Assembly: GCA_017654855.1 (NCBI GenBank)
Contig: CM030333.1
Location: 4,526,001-4,590,000 of the forward strand
Reading direction: 5' to 3'
DNA: 64,000 bases
From: Podospora anserina
Taxonomy: Eukaryota
Within the stretch, counting starts at the first letter, position 1. The number at the start of each line of letters is the position of its first letter. Position numbers and translations under genes: made by a program. Shown here one piece after another: positions 39,363 through 52,405 of this stretch. The notes beneath the pieces were generated by a model. That model did not search any database. It worked only from the letters and a program-made list of their open reading frames with translations, and was not told the DNA's origin.

Positions 39363-40053
39363 ATGGGGTAAGCAATTCCTCGGCTTAAGGGATAGGAGTT
39401 TGGAGGGGAGGGGAGGGGAGTGGAGGAAGCTTGCAATTCTCGCGCATGGGGGAAAATACCGACGACATTGGAGGGTCATACGATTGCGGTTGGAGAGGGG
39501 TTGAAAGCGACACCACAACAATCACGACGTGAACAACGACGGGGAATAGAGTAGTGGGGTTGAGGGGGAAGAACAGAGGGAGGGGATATGGAGAGAAGGA
39601 ACAGAAAAGGCTAATGGGTTGTTTGTAGTCTCGTCGACGCTCCCAACAAGGTCCCTCACCAGCAGCGGGTTTACCAGGCTGCCTACCGGGCTCACACTCG
39701 TATCTGGAGAATCGTGAGTGTTCCCCTTCCCCAGTCGCAAGGAAAACAGAGGTGGAGGGGGGTCTGTCCGCTGGAAAGACCTGGCGGTCATTCAAAAGCA
39801 GAATATGGACATGGCAACACGAGGAGGTATCAAACATGACGTACTAACCTACGATTCCCTCAAACAGAGCCCCCGCTCCGGCCTCATGCTCACCCCTTAC
39901 TACGCCCTCATGTGGGGTACCTTCGGTGGTATGTATCACTCCTTGAGAGTACCAGCAAAGACAGTTAGTTTGGCTGACAGAATCAAAACAGCCTCCATGT
40001 ACGCCATGGGCCGTCAGGTTTGCGGTTACAAGACCTGGTTCGGCAAGAACTAA
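39363..40053 (+). CDS. COX7: Cytochrome c oxidase subunit VII (70 aa); exons 39363-39367, 39629-39713, 39868-39928, 39992-40053
   Basis: Spliced product MGLVDAPNKVPHQQRVYQAAYRAHTRIWRISPRSGLMLTPYYALMWGTFGASMYAMGRQVCGYKTWFGKN*. The N-K-V-x-x-x-Q-x-x-Y-Q motif plus a single TM helix is typical of Cox7. Confidence 0.88.
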
Positions 40054-40571
40054 GCCTACCGCATATCAGATGATGCAGTTTAGCCGTGGGAAGTGAGGGG
40101 AGATAGAACAAGGCGGGGATCGAACCTTGGACCACCGCTGGAAACTTGTACATGTGTGTAGCAAGAGGTTGCTGAGAAACAGCAATAGAACGGAGGTTGC
40201 CATTATTCACCAATGTGTTTCTTCCATGTGGTGTGTCCTATGATGGCGCGGGATAACTGAGCTTATTCGGTATGTCCGCCGATTGCCGAGGCTGATATGT
40301 TTGATGAATTCTGGTTGGTCTTCTTTCACTCTAGCAGTTGTATTCAAGTCACTTTTTGTATGCTATATGTTCCTTTGGCAAAAAAAAAAAGCTGTGCTCC
40401 CATTGATGTTTTGACGCCTTCACCCTTAAAACCCGAGAAGTCCTGTGCAGCAAATAAATAAAGCCCCATCTAAAAGTACATTAATGCGAATAGGCCATGG
40501 CTCCTCGTTGTAATTTATGATGGGTATCGTCACCACCCCTTTCAGCTTCCAACCTCCAACTCTCAACAGGT

Positions 40572-41441
40572 TTAATAACCCTCAGCACCGGGGGCCTTCT
40601 CGTCCTTGCGCAAGCTGACCAGCAACTCCCTGAATCGTTCCTTGCCAGAGCCCAAAGCACCACCCTTCGCGCCCTTGCCGCTCACATCGACGATCTTGGC
40701 GATGCGCTCCCAGCTGGTGCCGCCCGATGTGGTGTCCTCACGGCTGGCCAGGAACTGCTCAGCCTCCTTCCTTGACTGGGCAATGGTCTTCTCCTTCTTG
40801 TTGTTGTAGTTCTCGTAGAAGTCATCGATGTTCTGCTGGGCCTCCTTGACCGTCTCGGCGCGCTGCTGGGCGAACTGCTCTGCCCGCTTGGCGTTGCCGG
40901 CGTCCCGCTTCTCCCTCCACTCCTTAATCACTTGGGGCTCCTCCTCCTCTTGGGCGTAAGCGTTGTAGCCGGAGTTGTAGCTGACGGAGGGACCGGTGAT
41001 GGTGGTGGTTCCGGCGGGGGGTGTGAGGCCCTGATAACTCGTCAACGTTGAAACTCTTTATACGCAGACACAGCGGCATGTAATGTTGGGCGTTCTTCCA
41101 TACCTCATTTGGGCTGGTGATGTCAGGGAATTGGCTATCAAACGCAGCACTGTTATTGCCGGTGGCAGAGATGCCGCCTCCTAGCAGGTCGTCGTCATCC
41201 TCGTCGAAGCCGGCGTCCTCGACTGTCGCGAACTGGTTGGCATCGTCACCGAGAATGGCCTTCTCGCGCTCTAGGAAGTTGCTGGTTGTGGGAACCTCGG
41301 AGGCATCCTGGACGCCGGTCTGGGCTGCATGCGAAAGTGTTAGAAGCGACCTGTTTCCATCAAGGTACAGGGTATATAGGGGGCTGCAGTCGACTTACCG
41401 CCGGAGTCGAAGTCCTCCAACGATGGGAATCTGTCAGCCAT
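40572..41441 (-). CDS. CLC1: Clathrin light chain; exons 41441-41399, 41324-41104, 41030-40572
   Basis: MADRFPSLEDFD, NFLEREKAILGDDA.QF, EEPQVIKEWRE, GTSWERIAKIVD, FRELL..LRKDEKAPGA. Confidence 0.95.
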
Positions 41442-42163
41442 GGTGATTGTGTCTGGTGGTGCCGAAGTTCAAGCGGGGTTATGCGAGGAATATGACAGAA
41501 TGGCAGGTTTGGAGGATCGGTGGTGGTGTTTGTTCGAATAAATCCAGAAAGAGGTGCCTTTGATCGCGCCAGGTTGCTGCGCTTGCGCTGGGCTCCGGGG
41601 GCTCTGGCTGACTGGCACCTGGAGCTTGCAGGAGTGATTGGCTGACAAGGGGGGGGGGGCTCCAGCATATGCTTCAATCGGGCACACTGCCACGACTATG
41701 CAATAATCAGGTACCGAAACAGTCTTTGATGCATTTGGAGCTGGGCAACAACTTCCCAGATCCATTTAAAGCTTCCACATCCCCATCTACTTTTCCCATT
41801 TCATCTCTGCAGCAAACAAACAAAAAACAAACTGCGCATTCACTCTGTCCCATCCTTCTTCTCTGCCTGGCCACTACGCCTGGACGTTTGGTAGGAAGTG
41901 TAGCTCCTGATAGTGCGATTGCTCGTGGCAGAGCTCTTGCAGGCCAAAGCAAGCCGCGACGTCCGCTTTCTCAAAGTTCGGCCATCTGAACCGTGATTTG
42001 AGAGCAAGCTTCTGATTGGGGACCCATTCACAACCACCCCCATTATCATCAGATTTATTGCCCGTCTGCTTCAGTTTCGGCCATCTTGTGTTTAACCAAC
42101 CCCCGCAGGCCATAGCAACACATCCACACATTTTATCTGTTTTCTCAGTCTGTATATTCAACA

Positions 42164-43556
42164 ATGGCATATACCGATGATGCCGTGTTGTCGAAGCTCT
42201 CGGCTCTAAACGAGACGCACGAGAGCATCGCAACGACAGCTCAGTGGATCATGTTCCACAGGTACGTTTCGACCTCAATTTAAGCCAGAGTCTCGATGAG
42301 ACTTTTTCTCTGCTTTTTGTAGATGCTAACTGCGTCTGTAGACGCCATGCAGCCCAGACAGTCAACCTGTGGCTTGGTAAACTGAAGGACCTTCCACCGC
42401 CCAAGAGACTCAACATGATTTACCTCGCCAATGGTGAGTGCCGTCCTCGACTAAGTCGCTGGCTTTGTTTTCACCTTGCTGACTGTTAATACAGAGGTGA
42501 CTCAGCAGAGTAAGGCTCGCCACAAGGAGGATTTCATCATTGCCTTTGCCCCTATTATCGCCGAGGCCACGGCGTCGGCATATAAGGGTGCCAATTCCGA
42601 GGTTCAGAATAAGCTTCGCAGAGTTGTGGATGTCTGGAGGGATCGCAGCGTCTTTGACAGAGAGACTATCCAGGGCTTGTATGAGCGCATGGGAGGTTAG
42701 TAACGTGATACGGCAAATTTGCGATTCCGTGGCTCCTTACTAACGCATTGTTGTTCTAGAACTTGACAAATCACGCCCTACTAACAATGGCGGTACCTTT
42801 GGCGGCTCTGGTTTCCACTCGTCAGGCCCACCTGCTCCCTCTGAGCTCATGCCGTTGGTTGCTCAACACCAGGCCGTCACTAGAAGTGCCACTCCCATGA
42901 AAGTCGCTCTCAGCAACGCCCAGACAGAGTACGAGAAGCTTTCCGACCCAGCCACCGCACAGGCGACGGCGCTGCCGCTTCAGGCGGCTCGTCTGAATGG
43001 GTTGCTCAAGAACCTGGCCAACGCCGAGGGTGCTGTCGCGGAGAGCCTGCGCACCCGAAAGGAGATGATCAGAAGCCTAGAGAAGCTTTTGGCCGAGAAC
43101 CAGAACGCTCTCCAGCAGGAGGAGGCTCAGATGAAGCTGCTCAGCGGCCGCAGGACTGAGATTGAGCACAAGAAGAACCAGGTCGAGGCAACCATCCTTG
43201 GCGGCCAGGTCACCAAACAGGAGGATAGAACCTCTACCGAGCCCGAGCCTCCTCAGTTTGAGGCACTGACGCCACCTCCCCAGAGCGATGCCGACGACGA
43301 GCACGTTCAGAGCGACCCTATCAAAACCGAGCAGAATGGCAACAATGGTGTGCCTCAGCAGACCCCCACATTCCCAGTAGTTGCCCCGGGGATTGAGATG
43401 CTGTCTAGCGTTGCTGCAAACTACCAAGCTGTGCCTATCAACGGGTCTAATAAGAAGCGCAAGGTAGCGCCGTCGGATGACTTCCCGGATCTTGGAAACG
43501 ATGGCATTGACGAGGATGTTAAGGAGATGTTGCGGAATGATGGTCAGAGTGCCTGA
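42164..43556 (+). CDS. RTT103: RNA Pol II CTD-interacting (CID/RPR) protein, Rtt103-like; exons 42164-42261, 42342-42433, 42495-42695, 42760-43556
   Basis: MAYTDDAVLSKLSALNETHESIATTAQWIMFHRRHA..KRLNMIYLANEVTQQSK..KLRRVVDVWRDRSVF. Confidence 0.9.
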
Positions 43557-43906
43557 GATTGCTGGGTTCCGACACTGGGTTAATCTAGGAAACACGTTTT
43601 CTGAAATCTGCATACTGGAGGTTTCATTGCATTTTGATTGTGTTTGTATATACTCCCCAGACCAGCCACCAACCTAAGAGTGTAGGTATAACGCTCTAAA
43701 TCCTGTCTGTTCTGTTGTACAATAATATACTTTCGACTGAGCCAACCTCCCAGCCCATCCATAATGCAAAACCCCAACCAACCCAATTGGTATCCCAAAA
43801 CGCCGTTATACCCAAACAAAGCAAATATTCATGTGTGTCGTGGTGGATGTGTGTGTGTTTCATCGAAGAGAGTGCCTCTTGATAGGGAGTTGTAGGTAGG
43901 TATGTT

Positions 43907-44260
43907 TTAAACACGACCATCTAGACCCGAAGCAGCAAGGTATGGCCACCCGAGGATCATGCCAATGGCAGGGAAGTAACTGTATCATCGCCGTCAAATG
44001 TTAGCCATCTCTTCTGTTGATTTGAATGGGGGGAGAGAAGAAAAAACATACACAGCACCCTGCTTTCCAACCCTCTTGATCTGTCTCCCCCAGTCGGCGG
44101 CGGCAGAGTTGGTCGAGACGGGCAGACGCTCAAAGGGGGCGTGCTCGAAGGAGCGGGCGAACTGCCGGAGGGACTTGTAGACGGAGAAGGTTCTCTGTTG
44201 CTGCTGAACACCGCGGAAGGCGACGTTGCGGGCGGCGAGGCGGGCAAGAATGGGAGACAT
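43907..44260 (-). CDS. Small (93 aa) predicted mitochondrial single-pass membrane protein of unknown function; exons 44260-44052, 43979-43907
   Basis: CAAAAATG start. Arg-rich, acid-free presequence MSPILARLAARNVAFRGVQQQQRTFS. Intron GTATGT..GCTAAC..CAG. C-terminal hydrophobic segment GAVYFPAIGMILGWPYLAA. C-ending codon bias. Confidence 0.8.
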
Positions 44261-47200
44261 TTTTGATGTTTTGTTTTTTGAAGTGGTGATGAGTAGAGGT
44301 TAAGTTGAGATGTTGGTACTAAAAGTAGACAGAGAGAGAGGAGATTGCTTGTTTTGTTGGTGGTGGTGATCTGAAAGATCGAGGAGCTGTGTTGATGAAG
44401 CTGTTGATGATGATGGTGATACAAGAAGGGAAAGATACAAACAGGATGATGGTCAAGAGTTATATATTACTATTTCCAGCAACAAAAGTCATTCCATCAA
44501 AGCCCAGAATAAACCACCTTGACCAACATCATCTCCCGAATCGATCCATCCGGCTGGTTGGTATCCAAGCTCGTGTACCAAAAGCCTGGAATGAAGCTCC
44601 AGCTCCCAAGCTTCCGGCTCCTCTTCGTCGTTTACGCCGTCGCCAACACAAATCAGGCGCTCCCACACACAAAATCGCATCACCCTCACCCAGAAGCACC
44701 AGATCAGCCCTACGGCCGTCAGCAAAGTTGGGTAACAGCTCGGGCCACCGCGGTCTCGTTTTGCCTCACCATCTGGCCAGCTGGGTGTGGAAATCGTGCC
44801 ATGGACCCCTCGCCGTTGACGACGTTGGAGAGCTTGGCGCCGCCCGTGGTGTGATTGTCGGAGGTGGCCGGGGGTGGGCATTGGCAAGCTGGGCTGAATG
44901 GGGATGAATGGGAAGTTTGTGATTGGGCGGAGCTGGGCTTGGGGAGGTAAAGTGGAGGTGCCATCCCAAGTTTGGGCTCGGTTGGCATCTGACATCTGAT
45001 TTTGGGGATTCTAGATTTTCCCCAGAAATCCCCAATGCGACCACTTTCGCTGTTGATGACTGCACAAACGTTAATCCGAGGTGAACTGAACAACGTGACG
45101 GTTTGATCTGGGCCAATCTCTCAGATCAGATCGGGTCATCAAGGGATGGGAAAATTGAACCTGGAATTCACAACGCGGTTTGCTCCGACATGTGAGTTTG
45201 GTTATGGCAAAGTTGGAGCGGGCAAAGCAAGTCGGCGGTTTGCGATCCTGATCTATCCGGTGCCTGGATCGAAATCTCATGATACTGCCTTATTCTGGAT
45301 AAGATCTGGAGCTGAGAGGTTTGGGTCTGGCACAATGGTTGATATTTGTCTTCCCAATGGGCCTGAACGACACTCTGAGAGCAAAAGCTCACAGTGATGG
45401 GAATCAGGCCGTCTCCGTCCATCATCCCCACGGTGATCATGATATCACATTTGTTGCTCCTGTATTGCCTGTATGAGTATTCGTGTATGGCTGGGGCTTA
45501 CCTCGTCCGTTCGTATTGGTCTTTGCATCCGGTTTCTGCAATTGCTTTTTGTTTCGTGATGGCCCTCATCCAGCATACAGCTGATTGGAGCGAAGCTCCG
45601 TAAGGTTATGGGTGAAACGCATGGCTGGAGTTTGCTTTACTTATTGTAACTGAAAGCTGATAAACGGAGGATTCTTGGCGACCAAGAGATTTCTGGATCC
45701 TTATTGACCCATTCTCATATCTGGAGCATTTCCTCCTTCGAGGAGACGACCGGGGAGGTTCGAGGCCCAATGTCGGCTTGCTCTGTATACTTAGCCGCTT
45801 ATCATGCGAAGTAGTCCCTGGCCATAATGAATGAGTGTTGAAAATGACACAACACCAGGCTGTCATGCCTACTGCCTGAGTGACAAGAGCGTGCTCAACC
45901 AAGTTTTGGTGACCACACGCTGGGTTTTCAATATACAGCAAATCGTCAACATATCCCACAAAAGTCACGGGTTAGTACAACCATTTTTATTTTAGGTCGA
46001 ACAAACCTCAGCTTCTTCCTGATCACCGTCCCACAAGTCCCACCAGCTTTGTCAGAATCCCGACGCCTTAAGAAACCACATGCCATCACTCATCGCCAAT
46101 CCATCGGCTTGGGTAATCGTAGCGTCGTAGGGCAACCAAACTTTTGTGTACCCTCACAAACCTGGAATCCCTTGCTTTGTCATATTCTCGGACTCGGTAT
46201 CCATCGACACCCCGCCAGTCCCTCTTCCGCTCTCTTCCTCGTCCCCCCACCAACAGAAAGAACAGCTCTCTCTCAACACCACATCCAGCATCATCAGCTC
46301 TCCTCCTGCACATCCTATATCAAGCCACCCTGCCTTACCTATTTCCGCCGCTGATGCCCAACCCAGCCACCATTTCCCACGGTGTCCTATTTCGAGGAGC
46401 GTGTAACACACTCAATCATCACCACATACGGGATAAAACCTCCCGTTCTGGCATCCCGGATGGCTCATCCCGACTCATTCCCATACGCACATTAACAGAA
46501 TGCGCGGGTCCCAGAGACCACAAAAACGCCACGCCCTGCAGTCCCATCCCACCGGTCCCCCTTGGCCCCGTTTCCTACACCCTCATGTTTCACATGCACT
46601 GAGAAACTCGGTGAGCAAGTACCACTCGAAAGTGAGGCGAGCCGGGAAGTTATCAAGAGATACCTCCCACAGTGCAAGTGAACTCCCCCCCTCTCCCCCC
46701 TGTCCTTGAACCCTGGTGCTACCCTGTTGCATGTGCAGTGCAGCAAAGCAACCCGCCTTTCGAATAACGTCCCCCATTGACCACCGATGCTTTGCATGAT
46801 GCCTCTTGTAGCGGCGTGTTGCTCAGATCCCATTCCTACCTATAGGAGCCCTCGCTTTCTCCTGTCGTTCTGACTGGCAGGCGAGATTCCCAAGTAGGTC
46901 ATTGACCGACCGAAAAAGCAAGTTCTCTCCCCTCCCATTGCTTCCCCCTACCCAAGTAAAAAGGCACAGAGCCCAGCCAGCAAGCATTTTCCCTGTCCGG
47001 TTCCTCAAGAACGCAGGATGTTGATTCTTGTTGCCTGTCTCAATGAGTGTCGTCCTGTGGTCCTCGAATCCTCAGTGCCCTGATCCTGGTCCTGATCTCT
47101 CCCTGTTGATATTGTTCGGATCCCTTGTCTCACCCTGCTATCTCCCACTCCTTCGCAAGCTTCACCCAAGCTGAATACCTCCATCTCGTCGTATGCCGCT

Positions 47201-50200
47201 GGGTTGTTGCGTGTTTGGGTTATGTACCATGGAAGGGGCGGCTTCAATTGACCTACCAGACCAAGTATTCCCCCGCACCGAGACATGCAGGCTGTGTCCC
47301 CAGTTCTTGACTGGTCAGAATGTTGGTTGCGGTTCTAGACTTGTTGGCCACGCACTGAAACCTGCACCTCTGAGCACACTGGTAGAAAGGTAAGCATGCG
47401 TGTGCCTTGCTGTGAAAGTAGGTCATGATGCCAGTTTTGAACCCAGCGTCATGGTGAGGAGCGGGGTTTACTAGAATGCGTGTCAGTGAAGATTACGATA
47501 GACCTGTATGTGTGTGTGCAACGCGCATAAGGGGCATGTATGCAGTCACACTCAGATGGGCATAATGATAGCTCATATCTCACCGCCTAATGCGCGAGTA
47601 GAGACAGGCAAGAGAGACAACAACGTCTGCCGGATGAGCATGCCATAGGACATACATGACATGACATACCTGCTCCCGGCATGCCGTTCTGAGTTCTGGG
47701 GATCCTTCTCTTGTCCATCCCCATGATAGTGGCTTTCCAGAAATGGGACGATCTCGCTGCGGACACCTGCAAAGCCGAGATGGTCAGAAATGATAGATAT
47801 TATCATATTTGAACGGTCGTGACTCCACCTTTGCTGCCGGCTTCCGACCCCTCCCCCTACCCTAGGGTCAAGACTGCGAATCGGTGATTGTTGTCGAGAT
47901 CTGGGGTCATTCTTTGTCTGCGACCGAGATTCAGTCGCCGATTTCTGAGCCGCTCGTTGTTGCTTTTTGGTGTTGGAGGAGCAAGCCACATTCGCTTGCC
48001 ATCCAGTCCCCGTACGTTCCCGCCCTCCTGCCTCTCTCATCGAGACCCCTCAATCTGACCGGTGGGCAATAATCTCAGGTAGGCAGCCGACGAGTCTCTT
48101 GTCTTCTGTTTCGTTGCTCGGTAGATCAACAGGTATCCTCGATTTATCATGCTGCTGGAGATAACGGTCGAGGAATTTGAATTGTCGACATCCGTCACTC
48201 TGTCCAATACTGTTGCAGATGAGGGATGAATTGACCGAGCAACACCGAGAAGGTGTATCATGACCGCATCATAGACGCAATGCCGAAAAGCAATGGAAAC
48301 GTAAGTCCCTGTGAAGATCCGGAGCAGCCTCTTCGCTTCACATGAAACGCCACGGTGCGCATCAATTGTTCCCTCCAGGGGCGGTAGTTTCGTCGATTCG
48401 ACTGCAACACAGCCATTCAAAGGGAACCCGGTGGCCCAAATCCGCACATGAGCCCACATGACACCGTTCTAATGTTGAGCACCCAGGCTCGAACTGGATA
48501 TATGATCGGGTCCTCCGTTCCGTAAAATGTCCGAGGATAGCTAAACAGTCAGCAAGGTCGGTTTGGAGCCCTAGCTCTGTTACACAACTGCCCCAAGCAG
48601 CATGTCACCATGTGCAGAGCTAGGTAGGTCGTCAAGGATGTCTGCGGATAGGGCGTCGACGAAGATTTCCAATGCACAACATGGAAATAGAGGCTCCCCC
48701 CACCCCGGAAGCTGCCCTGGGAGGCCAAGGCGGAACGGAAGTGATCTCGGACGCAACAATGAGCCCGAGTCACTGACTGGCCATATCGGAACTTTTAAGC
48801 CGCTTCTTTGGTACCACCAGCTCCGGTACTCTTCGTAGAAATGAGCTGGAGGAATCTGGGACAGGCAGAAGAAAAAAAGGGTACCTGAACAGAACCCCGC
48901 CTCAACGACATGTCTCATTCGCTCGGAGTTCGTCACTGCAGGAATTATGTCTCTGTCTTTGAGGTGTCAAAATGCGCTTGCCGAGACATGCTCTCCAATG
49001 CAATGGTACGCTCCCGGGCCTTTGCATTAGAAACGAAAGCTCATATCCATAGGGAAAAGTAGCTCAACAGTCCGAACTCTGAAGTCACTTACTGTGTGAC
49101 GACAATTGCTGACACTCGAGTATCAATGAAGCCCGATGCCACTAGTCGAGAAGTCACTTTGTAGGTCCTTCTAGCTTTGTAGCGCAGGACCGTATGCAGA
49201 TAGCCGCACAAAGGGGTGTCTACCGGCCCATCGAAGGGTGTAGAGAACTTGACTCCGAAGAAGAAACGACGAATCATGGGCCTGGGGTCGCGGGTACTGG
49301 CAGGAGTTTCTTTGCATGATCTCGACTCTCGGTGAGGTGCCCGTTATCTTGATGCCTTGTCTACCACGACCAGCCCGATACAAGGCAACTCCAGGCTCCG
49401 GGAGATGTTTTTACGGAATTTCAAAAGGTGGTTCTCGTCGACATGGTTGATCCTTGGATACCCATTGACTACCCACGTCGGCGAGGCCAGGAACATGTCT
49501 CACTTGCTTGTCCCCGCGAAAGCCGCCGACCCTATTGATGTGTAAACATGGTGCTATTTCCGCATTGTCACTCGAGCTCAGCGCTATTCTCGGCCGAGCT
49601 TTGTAATCAGCAGACCATCTTGAGAAGGTCATCCGGAGTTCAGCCTGCCATTGGTCTGTTGCAACATGATGATGCGATGTTGATGGCATCCGAAGCATTC
49701 CTAGCGGTGAGATGGTGTCCTCCAAGCAACATCATCACCTCGGGTGAACCAAAGTGGCGGATCGTCGTTAGCATAAAAGCCGCAAACGTCCCCGTGTTCT
49801 GTATGCTTTGTTGTTTCCTGAGATATCCAGAGTCTTATCCTTCAAGCTGCTATCCCCCAAACCCCCACAAAGACACCACAAGAACCCAACAACACCTTCT
49901 TAACAAGTCAACTAAATAACACCATGAACTCATACAACAATCCCGAGTCCTGCGGATGCTGCGTTTGGTCTGATGGTCGTCTGTACCAACCGGCAACTTG
50001 CCACGTTTGCGGAGGCAATCTTCGATGGTAAGAGAAAAATTTGGGCTCGATGTCCGTTCTGTACACAGGCTAATTCAGTACAGGGGTTGTGGATCTTGCA
50101 AGAACACGGGACTCGAATGGGAACCATGCCCTCATTACCACCAGTCCAACGCGACGAGGCGTTCGGCTCAGCCAGCATATACTACCACTCAGCAGTAGCC

Positions 50201-52405
50201 TCTTAGCCATGTTGAGTGTTCTGAGCCATCATAACAGATCGCCTTGGTTATGTCAGTGTGCGAGGAGTTCCCGAGTTGGCGGTCGGTTTTCCATTCGTTT
50301 ACTTTGGCTTCCGCAGTTATGCCTTACTTGGTGTTACGGTATGGTCCCCAGGTAACAAGGGTCTTGGTGTTCTGGTATACTTTCTTCCGTATGGTTCGGG
50401 TCGCGCAGGAGTACGGCCTTTTTGTAACGCTGGCTAGGATTCGAGGCGGTCGTTTGACTTTGATCAGGCTACAATGGGTTAGCATAGAGGAAACTTGAGC
50501 AAATAAGAATAGCACTTTCAGCTTACCCTGCCTCGCGTCATGGAGCCATGTCGTCGGTTGTCGACGACCCCTGAATGCGAAATCGTGCATGAACATCATC
50601 CCAACGCCACCAGAACGGCAACGTGCATCGGCGATAGCCACTTCAGAGCCGCTTGGGAACGACTATTCCACATTTGTAGCGCAAAGCAAGCTGTGTTTTC
50701 GTAATAGTGGAGTAGCCAGGCTTGGTTCTATCCAGGCAACGCGGAAGAACTTGGGGCCTGATTGGCGACGCCAGCCGTTATCCCGTTGTGGCCCCGGGAC
50801 CGCTGGTGCTTCTCGGGTGTGGCTTTCTTTGTGATTCACAGGCTCAGACAATCATTCATCTTGCAGCGATGGACTCGATCGATCCAGGTAGGCTCGGCTT
50901 CAATGTTTACTGCAGTGGCTTATTGTAGTCCGGTGAGTCGGATCCGGAAGGTTGGCCGCTGTTGACTGTCTTGGATGCAGGAAATGCAGCAAGCATGGCC
51001 GTCCCGCACAGGCATCGGGTAGCTGAATGGAAGTAAGAGTCAAACGTCAACGTCTGTCCAACGTCGGAATGAACACTGTGTAGGCTAGCCACAAGCCCAG
51101 GGGCCCTAGCAACTGGTTTGTCATGAGGACCTGCTGCCGAAAAGCTTGCCTTTCTTGAGACCCCAAAGATCCAAATTCATCATTCATGATACCATAGGTT
51201 GAGCGTGATTACTGACAAGGTCGAAGGGTAAATAATCTCGGTGGGTAAGGTATATAGTCGGCGAGCCCGACGGATGTTGATATCTACGCTGCGCGGAAGG
51301 AGTGGGTTTTCGAGCTGCAGTTGAGCTGAGTTAGCAGGAATATTCTCATCTCTTGGACATGTGATGCAGGTTGTGTGGTGCTACTTCTTCCTGTCGCCCC
51401 AACACGCTGCGTCTTCATGGGAAATGGCACGGCTATCCCGATAAAAACCAACCCCAAGTCCGCCTGACCGCCTCTTTCCAAAGTTGAATGGAGCAGCAAC
51501 CGACCTGGAGTTTGTGACACCACATCGTCTTGATCCGGACGCCCGTCACCAGCCACTTGGAGACGTTCAGGGGTAGAAAACCTGTCCATCCGGGCTGTGG
51601 AAGAGAATGCGGTTCCAAAGGAGCGTACAGACAGGGTAACACCGCTGGTCTATGTATCCAATCGTTGCTCAGACATCGAAAAGAGCCAAATGATCCCCTA
51701 GATCGTGGTGTGCCAATGTATGGGATACAGGTAGGTAGGGAGGGAGTGGTGAATCGGTAGTACGGGAAAAGCAGGTGGTGTATAATAAGGAGGCCAACTG
51801 AAGAAAACCATTTCAGCATACCGTGCCCAATACAAATGTGGCTGGCCCTGAGAAAAGCCGCGTAAACTTTGTGCGGAGCGTCAAAATAAAATTCTCGCTG
51901 TTGAAAACACAAGGAATGATTTTACTGCAATGAGAATGTTGATAAGATAGCATTCTGTGGATGTATTTCGAGTTCTTTCGATTGGAAAAATATTGTCGTG
52001 CTCTTTTCTCAGCAAAATTCCACGTGATAAATGGTCTGGCTATTTCGTCTATACTGGAAGGCACGATTGCCCTGCCTTCCAAACACAGTGAAGTTATCCC
52101 CAACGTTGCTACTCAGTGGCAGAGGTTACATAAGTGGAGACGACCGCAAACATGACCCCCACGATGGCGCAGCTGCCGATGGAATAGCCCCACTTTGCTG
52201 CCCTTCCAGCCCGATCAACTGTGGGGCTATCGTCTCTACCCCCACAGTGACTTTAATTGGATACGCTCTTCCCTGCACGACGGCTTCTTTTTAAGCAGCT
52301 CAACGTCGTCAAGCCGAAGCTGTGCAGCCCACAGTTGCCGCAAAATCCTCAGCCTCTCCCGACTGTCGCATTCTATCATGGATTCATAGCAACAACGCGA
52401 ACAAG

